Positions 11,003 to 21,512 are shown, counted from the stretch's first letter. The stretch is DNA of 64,000 nucleotides from Acidobacteriota bacterium (GCA_021781455.1 JAJXWV010000078.1:3991-67990), one strand, 5' to 3'. Notes: generated by a model not told the origin, from the letters alone. Program-made: numbers and translations.

Positions 11003-11305
11003 TTCTTCAGGAGTCGTCGCGCGTCTTGTCGGGACGCACCGGGGACAGGCCGGGCAGATCGGGCATCATCGGCGGCAGTGGTGGTGGCTCCGGCGGAGGG
11101 AGCACCGGTTGCACGTCGGGACCGTCCGGTATGTTGAGGATGTCGATCTCCGGACCCTCGAATGGCCCAGGTCGACAACACCGTCGACGCAACCACGACC
11201 CTTCGCTCGATTCTGACGACGGCCGGCGTGCGCGATCGCTCCTCGCTCAAGGTGATCCAGCCCGAATAGCAGCGTCGCCGCCTGTCCCACCCGGGGGGCC
11301 TCTGA

Positions 11306-11336
11306 GGACAGGCTGGAAAGCCTGTCCCACACGGGG
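11306..11336. repeat. REP-like palindrome (CAGGCTGGAAAGCCTG family)
   Basis: GGACAGGCTGGAAAGCCTGTCCCACACGGGG; two more copies at 49359-49416 and a variant at ~26989-27014. Confidence 0.85.
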
Positions 11337-11399
11337 GGCACACGTCAGTTTGTCCCCACGATGACCGGAGCGGTGGAAAGCGTCTAGCATCCTCAATCA

Positions 11400-13568
11400 A
11401 TGTCGTCCACGTCCGCCGGGATCCAGATCGTCGAGTTCATTGCTGCGCTTTCGCGCGCCTGGAAAAAGCTCGCCGCCTACCCGCCCGGCCATCCCGAGGT
11501 CGTCACCTCGCTCCAGGCGCTCAATCAACGGCTGGCCGAACTTCGCGGACCGGCCGGCGAAGTCGTTCTCGGCGTGGGCGCCGATGCGCTCGTCTACGGC
11601 GCCCTCGACATCACCTCCGCCGGCGCCCGGAAGCTCGCCCAGGCGCTCTACTCCCGCGGAGTGGCCGTGCTGCGCCTCGGAGCCGACACCAACATGCAGG
11701 AGATCGAAACGTTCCTGCGCCTTCTCGGCACGGGCGGCCCCGTTGATCCGAGGCGCGTGCTCTGGGAGGAGCTGACCGCCAACGGGGTGATCAACATCAA
11801 CCTGCAGCCGGTCAGTTACGGCACCGTCCAGGTCACGGACGGAGTGAGGGAACATCCGGAGAAGGAAGAAGAACGTTCGCTGTGGGACGAAGTGCTGAGG
11901 GCGCTCCTGAACAATCAGCAGTTCTCGGCGACATTGCGCGACCTGCCGCCGCACATCACTTCGGCCGACAAGCTGGCGAAGATGATCGCGGAGTACGCAG
12001 CGACGCCCGAGGAACAGGCCAGGCCGGTCGATGCGCAGGCCAGCTCCGGAATTCAGTTGCGCGAGCGCAGCGAAGAGGCCTTCCACCGCTTTTTCTTTCA
12101 GACCGTCGGCCACCACATTGCCACGATGACGGGGCAGAAAAAGCAGAACTCGCTGGAGCAGGCGGTGCAGTTGCTGCGCAGCCTGCCGGAGCAGCTCCGG
12201 CGTCCGCTGATCCGGGCCATCGCCGAGGCGCTGGCCTCGGACGACGGCTCGGCGGCGCTCCTGCGCGATTTCGCGAGTGAGCTTCCGAACGACGAAGTGC
12301 TCGACGCCCTTCGCTATCTCTCCTCGATGGACAAGCTGTCCAATCAGTCGCTGACGCTGCTGCATTCGATGTCGACGACGGAGGCCTCGCGGACCCAGGC
12401 GGCATCGAAAGAAGTGCTCGCGGATGTCATTCGTTTGTTCGGTGAAGACGACGTCGCTCGATTCAACCCCACCGAGCACGATGTGACGTTGAAGAGGATC
12501 TCGGTCGAGATTCCAATCGTTCCACCCGAAGCGATGCAGGGAATCGAGCCGGCCGGCGACCGCATCGATCCGGCCGCGAATGTCGAGATCCTGCGGCACT
12601 TCTTGGACGTGCTGCTCCTCCTCCTGGTGGGCCGTGACACGACGGCACCGCCCGCGACGACTCTGGCCCATCTGGAAGGAATCTTCCCGCCCCTTCTGGC
12701 AGCCGAGGAATACGACCATCTCGGGATCGTGGTGCAGCGCCTTCTCGGAGTGGCGACGTCGACTCCAGACGAGGAAGTGAAGACCGCCGCGCACGCATCG
12801 CTCCGCCGCATCAGCGACCTGATCGTCGAGCAGGCCACGGGTGCGTCGGACGAAGGCCTCACGAAGATGCAGCGGCTGATCGCCGCGCTTGACGTTCATG
12901 CGCGCCAGAGCTTCCTGGAAAAACTGGCACTGGAGAGCAACCGCTCACGACGACGGCGGCTCTTGAACTACATCGCCGCGCAGGGGACGTCGATCGTCCC
13001 TCAGGTGATCGCCTATCTGAACGACGAGCGATGGTACGTCGTGCGGAACATGATCGTGCTGCTCCGTGCGGTGAAGGACCAGACCTCGCTGCCCGAGATA
13101 CGCAGGCTGGCGCGCCATTCCGATCTTCGCGTGAGGATGGAGGCGCTGAAGAGTCTTTTCGCCATGGACGCGAACGTCCCGCCGACTCTCCTGGACAACC
13201 TCTTCAACGACACCGATCCGAAGGTCGGACAGACCGCGGTCGCACTGGCCGGAAACTACGCCATCAAAGAAGCCGTCGACCCACTCCTGCGGATCATCCA
13301 GGACCACGATTACCTCGGCGCCAGGCGGCCGTTGCGCGTCAAGGTCATCAGCGCACTCGGCGAAATCGGCGATCCGCGTGCCCTCGCGGCGATGCAGAAG
13401 TTCTTCACTTTCTCTTTCCTCCCCTGGCCGCCGCGGGAGGAACGCTATGCGGCCTGGCAGTCGCTCGCCGGATATCCGCCGGAAGCGCGGAAGCCACTCG
13501 TGGAGTCCGGGCTCAAGTCGTCTGACGGTCATGTGCGCGAGATCTGTTCGCGGATGAGGAACAGCTGA
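11400..13568 (+). CDS. HEAT-repeat domain protein
   Basis: N-terminal YPPGHP motif; C-terminal DERWYVVRN, DLRVRMEAL, ALGEIGDPRAL repeats. Confidence 0.85.
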   Translation: MSSTSAGIQIVEFIAALSRAWKKLAAYPPGHPEVVTSLQALNQRLAELRGPAGEVVLGVGADALVYGALDITSAGARKLAQALYSRGVAVLRLGADTNMQEIETFLRLLGTGGPVDPRRVLWEELTANGVININLQPVSYGTVQVTDGVREHPEKEEERSLWDEVLRALLNNQQFSATLRDLPPHITSADKLAKMIAEYAATPEEQARPVDAQASSGIQLRERSEEAFHRFFFQTVGHHIATMTGQKKQNSLEQAVQLLRSLPEQLRRPLIRAIAEALASDDGSAALLRDFASELPNDEVLDALRYLSSMDKLSNQSLTLLHSMSTTEASRTQAASKEVLADVIRLFGEDDVARFNPTEHDVTLKRISVEIPIVPPEAMQGIEPAGDRIDPAANVEILRHFLDVLLLLLVGRDTTAPPATTLAHLEGIFPPLLAAEEYDHLGIVVQRLLGVATSTPDEEVKTAAHASLRRISDLIVEQATGASDEGLTKMQRLIAALDVHARQSFLEKLALESNRSRRRRLLNYIAAQGTSIVPQVIAYLNDERWYVVRNMIVLLRAVKDQTSLPEIRRLARHSDLRVRMEALKSLFAMDANVPPTLLDNLFNDTDPKVGQTAVALAGNYAIKEAVDPLLRIIQDHDYLGARRPLRVKVISALGEIGDPRALAAMQKFFTFSFLPWPPREERYAAWQSLAGYPPEARKPLVESGLKSSDGHVREICSRMRNS

Positions 13569-13571
13569 GCC

Positions 13572-14657
13572 ATGGAACGCCTCGCCAGCATCATCGCCGC
13601 GGCCATCAACATGGTGGCACTGTATCCGCCGAATCACCCACGTGTGCAGCACGCCATCCTGGAGGTTCTGCAGGCCTTTCGAGAAGCGCTGCAGACCACG
13701 GGGGAGGAAGCGGCCTCGTATCTGCTCGTCGGCGACGACCTGCTGGCAGCCAACCAGGTGATCCGCGAAACGACACTTCCGGTCCGCGAATTCATCGGGG
13801 TGCTGAAGCAGCGTGGAGTGGAGAGCCTGGCACTCCTGCCGGGCGCCGATGAGCAGGAGATCATGCACCTGGTCACCGGCCTGGCCACGGGAGAAGCGCT
13901 GGAGTCGTCCACGCACGTCCAGCTCGGCACCGTTCACCTGGTCATGGACGAGAAACCGAAGGACGAAGAGCTGCGGCAGGACCTCGTCACGCAGTTCGAG
14001 CTCATGCGAGAGGCCTGGGCGCGCTTTCGCGTGGAACGAAAGCTTCCCGTCGATCAGCTGGAAGAGCTGGTGTGGAGCCTGATCGATTCGGTGGGGTCCA
14101 CGGCCCGGGCCATGTTGCCGCTGGCGAGATTGAGAGAGCTCGACGAGTACACGTTCGTCAACGCCATCAACGTTTCGCTGCTGGTCCTCGCCCAGGCCCG
14201 CTCACTCGGGATCTGGGGGCCCATGCTGCACGCCTTCGGCATGGCCGGCCTCCTCCACGACATCGGCAAGATGTCGATTCCGCCGAGCATTCTGAACAAA
14301 GCCGGCAAGCTGGACGACGACGAGTGGAAGGTCATGATGAGCCATCCATCCGAGGGAGCGTCGTACCTGTTGCAGATGGAGGGAGCGCCGCCGCTGAGCA
14401 TCATCGTGGCGTTCGAGCACCATCTCCGGCATGACGGCCGGCCCAACTACCCGCTCATCCGCGGGCGTCACAGTCCGCACCTGGCCAGTCGCATGACGGC
14501 CATCGCCGATGCCTACGACGGCATGTGCGCGACGCGGCCGTATCAGACCTCGGTCAGCCGCACCGCGGCCATGGAAGTCCTGAAGGCCAGGGCCCAAACG
14601 TTCTACGACCCGATGCTCGTAGCGAATTTCATCCGGATCGTCGGCGCAAACGCCTGA
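13572..14657 (+). CDS. HD-GYP family phosphohydrolase
   Basis: LLHDIGK, HPSEG, EHHLRHDGRPNYP, IADAYDGM, RPYQ; N-terminal LYPPNHP. Confidence 0.9.
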   Translation: MERLASIIAAAINMVALYPPNHPRVQHAILEVLQAFREALQTTGEEAASYLLVGDDLLAANQVIRETTLPVREFIGVLKQRGVESLALLPGADEQEIMHLVTGLATGEALESSTHVQLGTVHLVMDEKPKDEELRQDLVTQFELMREAWARFRVERKLPVDQLEELVWSLIDSVGSTARAMLPLARLRELDEYTFVNAINVSLLVLAQARSLGIWGPMLHAFGMAGLLHDIGKMSIPPSILNKAGKLDDDEWKVMMSHPSEGASYLLQMEGAPPLSIIVAFEHHLRHDGRPNYPLIRGRHSPHLASRMTAIADAYDGMCATRPYQTSVSRTAAMEVLKARAQTFYDPMLVANFIRIVGANA

Positions 14658-14659
14658 AC

Positions 14660-14772
14660 GAGATCGCAGATCACAGATCGCAGATCGCAGGTTTCCTCTC
14701 CGGCGAGCTGCGAACTGAGACCTGCGACCTGAGAGTCGAGACCCGCGACCTGAGACCCGAGACCTGCGACCT
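14660..14772. repeat. Degenerate heptamer arrays (AGATCGC)n and (GAGACCT/GCGACCT)n
   Basis: Read directly; fills the HD-GYP to glgX spacer. Confidence 0.85.
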
Positions 14773-14787
14773 TCAAAGGAGACGACG

Positions 14788-16914
14788 ATGACCACGACTG
14801 AAATGAGTCCCGTCCCTGATCATGCGCTCAGGACGGAAGCCCCGCCGCGTCAGCACGCCGTCGGGGCCGGACATCCTCACCCTCTCGGCGCGCGTGTCGA
14901 TCGGCAGGGCGTCAACTTCTCAGTCTTCTCCCAGAACGCCACGGGAGTCGAGCTGCTGCTCTTCGAGGGGCACGATTCGCCGCAGCCGTACCAGACGATC
15001 CGCCTCGACCCGGTGCAGAACCGCTCGTACGGCTTCTGGCATTGCCACGTGGCCGGGCTGAAGGCCGGCGCCCATTACGCCTATCGCGTCGAAGGGGAGT
15101 GGTCGCCGGAAGCGGGCCATCGCTTCAACCGCAACAAGGTCCTGATCGACCCGTGGTCCTTCGGCAATAGCAACACGCTCTGGGTCCGCGGAGACGCCTG
15201 CAGCATGGACGACAACGTCGCCACCTCGATGCGCAGCGTGGTCATCGACGCCGGCTCCTACGACTGGGAGGGCGATCGTCCGCTGGACCGCCCCATGCGC
15301 GAATCGATCATCTACGAGATGCACGTCCGCGGCTTCACGCGATCGGCGCGCATCGCCCATCCCGGAACCTTTCGCGGCGTGATCGAGAAGATTCCTTATC
15401 TGCGAGAGCTCGGCATCACCGCCGTGGAGCTGCTCCCGATCATGGAGTACGACGAGAAGGAGATCCTCCGCCTGGCGCCCGACGGCACTCCCCTCACCAA
15501 CTACTGGGGCTACAGCACCATCGGATTCTTCGCGCCCACCAGCAACTACTGCGTCTCTTCGGAGGCCGGCGGCCAGCTCGACGAGTTCCGCGACATGGTC
15601 AAGGCCCTGCATAAGGCCGGCATCGAAGTCATCCTCGACGTCGTCTTCAACCACACCAGCGAAGGCAACCACCTCGGGCCGACCATCAACTACAAGGGCT
15701 TCGCCAACTCCATCTACTACCACCTCTCGCCGTTGAACCGCGCTTACTACATGGATTACAGCGGCTGCGGCAACACGATGAACTGCAATCACCCGCTCGT
15801 GCAGAAACTGATCGCCGAGAGCCTGGAGTTCTGGACGCGCGACATGCACGTGGACGGCTTCCGCTTCGACGAGGGATCGATCCTCTCCCGCGGTGAAGAC
15901 GGCGCCCCCATGGCCCACCCGCCCATCATCTGGCGCATCGAGTTCGACGAGGCCCTGGCGGACACGAAAGTCATCGCCGAAGCGTGGGACGCGGCCGGCC
16001 TTTACCAGATCGGCTACTTCCCGGGGTTGCGCTGGGGCGAGTGGAACGGCCGCTATCGCGACGCCATCAGGCGCTTCGTGGCCGGCCAGCCCGGTATCGT
16101 CGGCGAGGTGGCCACGCGCATTGCCGGGAGCTCCGATCTCTACCAGCAGAACGGTCGCGCGCCTGCAAACAGCGTCAACTTCATCACCTGCCACGACGGC
16201 TTCACGCTCAATGACCTCGTCAGCTACAACGACAAGCACAATGAGGCCAACGGCGAGGACAGCCGCGACGGAGTCAACGAGAACTGCAGCTGGAACTGCG
16301 GAGTCGAAGGGCCGACCGAGGATCCTGCCGTCGAAGCCCTGCGCAACCGGCAGGTGAAGAACTTCGCGGCCATCCTGCTGCTGTCCGAAGGCGTGCCCAT
16401 GATCCTCGGCGGAGACGAGATCCGCCGGACCCAGCACGGGAACAACAACGGTTACTGCCAGGACAACGAGACCAGCTGGTTCGACTGGCGACTGTTGAAC
16501 GAACACTCCGACGTCTTCCGCTTCTTCAGCCACATGATCGCCTTCCGCAGACAGCAGGTGCCCCTCAAGCGCCTCTCGTTCTTCACCGGTCGCGTCAACG
16601 AGCGCGGTCTTCCCGACATCGCCTGGCACGGCTGTGCGCTCGGCAGTCCCGGATGGCACGACCCGTGGTCCCGCGTGCTCTCCTACACCATGGGCGGCGA
16701 GGGGAACGACCTGGACCTGCACGTCATCCTCAACATGTCGGACGAGACCCTCGACTTCGAATTGCCGAAACCCGGAAAGCGCTCGTGGCATCGCTTCGTC
16801 GACACCTCTCTGCCGTCGCCGCATGACATCTGCGAGCCGGGCCAGCAGCCAGTCGTGCCGGATGGCAAGGTCGCCGTCACGCCGCGCACGGTGGTCGTGC
16901 TCGTGTCGCGGTGA
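14788..16914 (+). CDS. glgX: Glycogen debranching enzyme / isoamylase (GH13)
   Basis: IIYEMHVRGFT, NYWGYST, DVVFNHT, DGFRFD, IAEAWD, FITCHDGFTL. Confidence 0.95.
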   Translation: MTTTEMSPVPDHALRTEAPPRQHAVGAGHPHPLGARVDRQGVNFSVFSQNATGVELLLFEGHDSPQPYQTIRLDPVQNRSYGFWHCHVAGLKAGAHYAYRVEGEWSPEAGHRFNRNKVLIDPWSFGNSNTLWVRGDACSMDDNVATSMRSVVIDAGSYDWEGDRPLDRPMRESIIYEMHVRGFTRSARIAHPGTFRGVIEKIPYLRELGITAVELLPIMEYDEKEILRLAPDGTPLTNYWGYSTIGFFAPTSNYCVSSEAGGQLDEFRDMVKALHKAGIEVILDVVFNHTSEGNHLGPTINYKGFANSIYYHLSPLNRAYYMDYSGCGNTMNCNHPLVQKLIAESLEFWTRDMHVDGFRFDEGSILSRGEDGAPMAHPPIIWRIEFDEALADTKVIAEAWDAAGLYQIGYFPGLRWGEWNGRYRDAIRRFVAGQPGIVGEVATRIAGSSDLYQQNGRAPANSVNFITCHDGFTLNDLVSYNDKHNEANGEDSRDGVNENCSWNCGVEGPTEDPAVEALRNRQVKNFAAILLLSEGVPMILGGDEIRRTQHGNNNGYCQDNETSWFDWRLLNEHSDVFRFFSHMIAFRRQQVPLKRLSFFTGRVNERGLPDIAWHGCALGSPGWHDPWSRVLSYTMGGEGNDLDLHVILNMSDETLDFELPKPGKRSWHRFVDTSLPSPHDICEPGQQPVVPDGKVAVTPRTVVVLVSR

Positions 16915-16921
16915 AGATTCG

Positions 16922-17135
16922 AGGCGGCGTAGCCGCCGACACAATTTAGCGGCGGCCGTCAGGCCGCCGCCCGCTCAGACAGCCCTTGGTCCGAGCGCGC
17001 GAAGCACGCGACAGATCCTCGTGTCTGTTCCTCCAGACTGCTGTCGGACACTTCGTGCCCTCGTACGCTGGGTGCGATTGCTTATTCCGGCGGCCTGACG
17101 GCCGCCGCTAAATTCTGGCGGCGGCTTTGCCGCCT
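16922..17135. repeat. MITE/REPIN-like element with perfect 27-bp inverted repeats plus outer 16-bp imperfect IRs
   Basis: AATTTAGCGGCGGCCGTCAGGCCGCCG at 16943-16969; reverse complement at 17088-17114. Confidence 0.85.
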
Positions 17136-17164
17136 ATGCGAATGCGGCAGCGCACAGCAGTGAT

Positions 17165-17213
17165 AGCACTCAGGACTCAGCACTCAGCACTCAGCACTCA
17201 GGACTCAGCACTC
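17165..17213. repeat. Heptamer array (AGCACTC/AGGACTC)x7
   Basis: Read directly; the same unit occurs at ~2602-2616 and 36424-36479. Confidence 0.92.
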
Positions 17214-17310
17214 GTCACCGCATCGCATCGGCTGGTGACGATCGTTACGACCTCGACCGCGCCACGGGCGAACCATGGACGTGCATTCCATCGTCCGATC
17301 GGAGGTCCTC

Positions 17311-17946
17311 ATGTCGGATTCCACCAAGGGAGTTTCCCGCCGCGGATTCCTCAAGGGCGCGGGGAGCGCCGCCGCCGCCACGGCGCTGCTCGACTCGGCG
17401 GTCCTCACGGTGCGTGAGGCGACCGCGCAGATCACCGGTCCTCCGGTCTACGGCCCCGGCCGCACGGAACTGGCGCTCCACGTGAACGGTTCCGAGCGCA
17501 CCGTTCTCGTCGAGCCGCGCACCACCCTCGCCGCCGCCTTGCGCGACGAGCTCGATCTGACCGGCACGAAGGTGGTCTGCGATCGCGGCGCCTGCTCGGG
17601 ATGCACGGTCTGGATCGACGGCCTTCCGGTGGCCTCCTGCATGACCCTGGCGATCGACGCCGCCGGCAGGAAGATCACGACGATCGAGGGTCTGGCCACG
17701 GGCGACAAGCTGCACCCGGTGCAGGAGGCCTTCATCGAAAAGGACGCCATGCAGTGCGGCTTCTGCACTCCCGGCATGGTGATGACCGCGGCGGCGCTGC
17801 TGGAGCGGAATCCCGATCCCACGCTCGACGACGTGAAGGAGGCCGTGAGCGGCAACCTCTGCCGCTGCGCGGTCTACCCGCAGGTCTTCGAGGCCACTCT
17901 GGCCGCGGCGAAGAAGCGGAAGGCTAGCCAGATCGCAGGTAGCTAG
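17311..17946 (+). CDS. 2Fe-2S subunit of a xanthine-oxidase-family aldehyde oxidoreductase, Tat signal (PaoA/YagT-like)
   Basis: SRRGFLK; CDRGACSGC, QCGFCTPG, GNLCRC; GGAGG RBS. Confidence 0.92.
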   Translation: MSDSTKGVSRRGFLKGAGSAAAATALLDSAVLTVREATAQITGPPVYGPGRTELALHVNGSERTVLVEPRTTLAAALRDELDLTGTKVVCDRGACSGCTVWIDGLPVASCMTLAIDAAGRKITTIEGLATGDKLHPVQEAFIEKDAMQCGFCTPGMVMTAAALLERNPDPTLDDVKEAVSGNLCRCAVYPQVFEATLAAAKKRKASQIAGS

Positions 17947-18008
17947 TGCGCTTTGCCAAAGACTTGCGCTCCGCCCTCTGCGCTCCAGACATCGAGGAGT
18001 GACCGATC

Positions 18009-20324
18009 ATGACCGAAGAAACAAGCAGGAAGACCCGCCCCGAGACGCTGACCGTCGGGATCGCGGGATCGAGGCTCACCACGACGCAGCGGGAAGTCCC
18101 AGCCAACGATCCGCCACCGCTGCCGCCTAACAGCGATCTCCACGTCGTCGGCAAGCGCGTTCCGCGCATCGACGGCGCCCGCATCGTCACCGGCGCGGCC
18201 CGATACACAGCCGACATCCGGCTGCCGGGCATGCTCTACGCGCGGATGATCACCTCGCCGCATCCGCACGCGCGCATCGCCTCGATCGACACCGCGGCCG
18301 CTGCGGCCTGTCCTGGAGTGCGCGCCGTGCACGTGCTCGATCGCTACGAGAAGGATCCCATCGTCCGTTATGCCGGACAGCCGGTCGCCGCCGTCGCTGC
18401 CGTCTCGCAGGCGGCGGCCGACGAGGCCGCGCGCCTGGTGCGGATCGCCTGGGAGCCGCTCCCCTTCGTCGTCGACGTCGAGTCTGCACGCGCCGCCGAT
18501 GCTCCGCTCGTCTATCCGCCGAATCCCGACGACAAGGTGCCGCGCAAGGGCAATGTCCGCGGTCCGGTGAAGCGAGGACCGCGCGGCAAGCCCGCCGGAG
18601 ACGCCCTCGACGCTCTCGCCAATTCCCCCGTCGTCGTCGACCACACCTATCGCACGCAGGTCCAGACGCACGCCACGCTCGAGACTCACGGCGTCGTCGC
18701 CGACTGGCAGCCCGGCTCCGCGATCGTCTACGCATCCACGCAGGCCACGGTCGCCTTTCGCGACGAGCTCGCCGAGGTGTTCGGAATCCCCAAGGCCCGC
18801 ATCCGCATCATCACCGAGTACATGGGCGGCGGCTTCGGCTCGAAGCTCGGAATGGGACCGTATGGCGTGCTCGCCCTTCATCTCTCGAAAAAGGCGGGCA
18901 GGCCGGTCCGCCTGATGCTCGATCGGCGCGAGGAGCAGCGCTGCACCGGCAACCGCCCCAGCTCCGTCCAGCACCTCCGCCTCGGCGCAACCAGAGACGG
19001 CAAGCTGACGGCCATTCACCTGTCGAGTTACGGCACCGGCGGCGTGGGCGGCGGCGCCGGCAGCGCCGGCCCCGCGCAGAACATGTACGACTGCCCGAAC
19101 GTCGAGACCGAAGAAGCGGACGTGTTCACGCACGCCGGCCCGTCGGCGGCCATGCGCGCTCCCGGCCATCCGCAGGGTTGCTTCGCGCTCGAACAGTCGA
19201 TCGATGCAGTGGCCGAGAAGCTCGGCATCGACCCTCTGCGACTGCGCGACCTCAACGACAGCAACGCCGCCCGCCGCGAGGAACGGCGCATCGGCGCCGA
19301 GATGATCGGCTGGTCTGCCCGCCACAAGCCGGGCGCCGACAAGGGAACCATCCGGCGCGGCATCGGCGCCGCGCAGTCGATCTGGTACCGCTTCGTGCGG
19401 CTCGACTCCGCCTGCGAAGTGCGGCTGGACCGCGAAGGGTCGGTGGAGATCGTCAGCGCCGTCCAGGACATCGGCACCGGCATCCGTACCGTCCTCGCGC
19501 AGGTCGTGGCCGAAGAGCTGGGCATCGATCCGCGCGGGGTCATCGTCAGGATCGGCGACACCTCCTTCCCCGCCGGACCCTCGTCGGGCGGCAGCCTGAC
19601 CACGGGCTCGATCACGCCCCCGGCGCGCAACGCCGCTCACGGCGTGCGCACGCAACTCCTCGAGGTCGCCGCTCCGCTGCTGAAGGCGGATCCTGCCCAT
19701 CTCGACCTGCGCGAAGGACGCGTGGTGGTCAAGAGCGACCCCTCGCGCAGCATCTCCCTGCGCGAGGCGGCGGCGAAGATCGGCCCCGACCAGATCGCCG
19801 TTCGCGCGCGCCGAAGCGAGGATTACGGCACCCCGCCCCTGCCGCCCGGTCAGACCTCCGGAATGGGCCTGGAGATCTACGGCGGCGTCCAGTTCGCCCA
19901 GGTGGCCGTCGACACGGGAACCGGCGCGATCAAGGTGGAGCGGGTGGTGGCGGTGCACGACTGCGCGCGTCCGATGAACCCGCTCACCATCGAGAGCCAG
20001 ATCAAGGGCGGCATCATCCAGGGAATCTCGTATGCCCTGTTCGAGGACCGCACGCTCGACGCGAACGCCGGGCTGATGGTCAATCCGAACCTGGAGATGT
20101 ACAAGATCGCCGGCTCGCGCGAAACGCCGGTCATCGACGTTCACCTGCTCGAGGAATACATCGGCCGCACTTCGACCGACGCCGGCGGCATCGGCGAGCC
20201 CGCCACGATTCCGACGGCCGCGGCCGTGGCCAACGCCGTCCACAACGCCCTCGGCGTGCGCATGCTGGAGCTGCCGATGACCCCTGACCGCGTGCTCAGT
20301 GCACTGCGCACCGTGAGGAGCTGA
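18009..20324 (+). CDS. Molybdopterin-binding subunit, xanthine dehydrogenase family (PaoC/YagR-like)
   Basis: VTGAARY, MGGGFG, MRAPG, DIGTG, QIKGG, GIGEP. Confidence 0.93.
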   Translation: MTEETSRKTRPETLTVGIAGSRLTTTQREVPANDPPPLPPNSDLHVVGKRVPRIDGARIVTGAARYTADIRLPGMLYARMITSPHPHARIASIDTAAAAACPGVRAVHVLDRYEKDPIVRYAGQPVAAVAAVSQAAADEAARLVRIAWEPLPFVVDVESARAADAPLVYPPNPDDKVPRKGNVRGPVKRGPRGKPAGDALDALANSPVVVDHTYRTQVQTHATLETHGVVADWQPGSAIVYASTQATVAFRDELAEVFGIPKARIRIITEYMGGGFGSKLGMGPYGVLALHLSKKAGRPVRLMLDRREEQRCTGNRPSSVQHLRLGATRDGKLTAIHLSSYGTGGVGGGAGSAGPAQNMYDCPNVETEEADVFTHAGPSAAMRAPGHPQGCFALEQSIDAVAEKLGIDPLRLRDLNDSNAARREERRIGAEMIGWSARHKPGADKGTIRRGIGAAQSIWYRFVRLDSACEVRLDREGSVEIVSAVQDIGTGIRTVLAQVVAEELGIDPRGVIVRIGDTSFPAGPSSGGSLTTGSITPPARNAAHGVRTQLLEVAAPLLKADPAHLDLREGRVVVKSDPSRSISLREAAAKIGPDQIAVRARRSEDYGTPPLPPGQTSGMGLEIYGGVQFAQVAVDTGTGAIKVERVVAVHDCARPMNPLTIESQIKGGIIQGISYALFEDRTLDANAGLMVNPNLEMYKIAGSRETPVIDVHLLEEYIGRTSTDAGGIGEPATIPTAAAVANAVHNALGVRMLELPMTPDRVLSALRTVRS

Positions 20325-20326
20325 CC

Positions 20327-21295
20327 ATGGATCGCTTCGAATACGTGAGCGCAACGACGGTGGCCGAGGCTCTGGCCCAGCTCGGTGAAGGACGCCAGGT
20401 GAAAGCCGGCGGGATCGACCTGCTGGACCGGATGAAGGAAGGCCTCTCCTCGCCGAAGCGGATAGTCAACATACGTACTATCTCGGAATTGGACGGCGTG
20501 GAGATCGACGCCTCCGGCCTGACGATCGGGCCGACCACCACCCTGGCCACCGTGGCCGCGCATGAGCCGCTCCGCGATTCGTATCGGGCCATCGCCGATG
20601 CGGCGCGCGCCGCCGCCACGCCCCAGATCCGCAATGTGGCCACGGCAGGGGGCAACCTGCTGCAGCGGCCGCGCTGCTGGTACTTCCGCGAACGCGATTT
20701 CGATTGCCTGCGCAAGGGCGGCCAGGGATGCTTCGCGCAGGACGGAGCGAACCGCTATCACGCCATCTTCGGCAACGACCTCTGCGCGATGGTGCATCCG
20801 TCCGACCTCGCCGTTCCTCTGACCGCCTTTGACGCCGTTCTCGACCTGACCAGCGCCAAAGGAACGCGAAAGGTTCCGATCTCCACGTTCTACGTCGGGC
20901 CGGAGACCGATCCCACGCGCGAGACCGACCTGCACCGCGACGAGCTCCTGACGGCCATCCGCGTCCCGGCACCACCGCCCGGCACCCGCTCCGCCTACTT
21001 CAAACAGAAGGAAAAGGAGAGCGCCGATTGGCCGCTCGCCGGCGTGGCGGTGGCGCTGCAGATTTCCAGCGGAGTCGTCCAGCGCGCCTCGGTCGTCCTC
21101 GGCGCGGTGGCCGCCACTCCCTGGAGATCGAAACCCGCCGAAGCCGCGCTGACCGGGCGCGCCATCGACGAGGCCGCGGCGAGGCGCGCCGCAGCAGCGG
21201 CTGTCGCGGATGCGAAACCGCTCGCCTGGAACGGATACAAAGTCGCGGTCCTCGAGACCATCATCCGCAGAACCATCCTGGAGGCGGCATCGTGA
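20327..21295 (+). CDS. FAD-binding subunit (PaoB/YagS-like, with Cys cluster)
   Basis: AGGIDL, QIRNVATAGGNLLQRPRCWYFR...C...C, HPSD. Confidence 0.93.
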   Translation: MDRFEYVSATTVAEALAQLGEGRQVKAGGIDLLDRMKEGLSSPKRIVNIRTISELDGVEIDASGLTIGPTTTLATVAAHEPLRDSYRAIADAARAAATPQIRNVATAGGNLLQRPRCWYFRERDFDCLRKGGQGCFAQDGANRYHAIFGNDLCAMVHPSDLAVPLTAFDAVLDLTSAKGTRKVPISTFYVGPETDPTRETDLHRDELLTAIRVPAPPPGTRSAYFKQKEKESADWPLAGVAVALQISSGVVQRASVVLGAVAATPWRSKPAEAALTGRAIDEAAARRAAAAAVADAKPLAWNGYKVAVLETIIRRTILEAAS

Positions 21296-21498
21296 GTGAA
21301 CCTGTCTGTCGTCTGCTGCGCACGAAGAGCGAGCAACCCCTGCCGTCGGGCGATGAATGGCTTCCGTGGACGAGCGGCGAATCGTCGACGGCCACGTACT
21401 GGTGCCTGGCGACCATGGAGGCGGCCGGTCCCGACGGCGAATTCGCGCACCCGCACGTCTGCGCCATGAAGCGCGCCTGTTTCGAGCGCAAGGAGTGA
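21292..21498 (+). CDS. Small 4-Cys protein translationally coupled to the FAD subunit
   Basis: GTGA overlap; VCRLLRTK...YWCLATM..AGPDG...HVC...RACF (68 aa). Confidence 0.7.
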   Translation: MSEPVCRLLRTKSEQPLPSGDEWLPWTSGESSTATYWCLATMEAAGPDGEFAHPHVCAMKRACFERKE

Positions 21499-21512
21499 AT
21501 CACCCGATCTGA

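Noticed and set aside
11007..11192. Pro-rich small ORF (PVLPPPEPPPLPP)
   Set aside because: The C-terminal half looks protein-like but there is no convincing start or RBS.
14920..20354. Long antisense ORFs opposite glgX and the molybdoenzyme (and similar ones elsewhere)
   Set aside because: Shadow ORFs expected from high-GC codon bias; no recognisable motifs.
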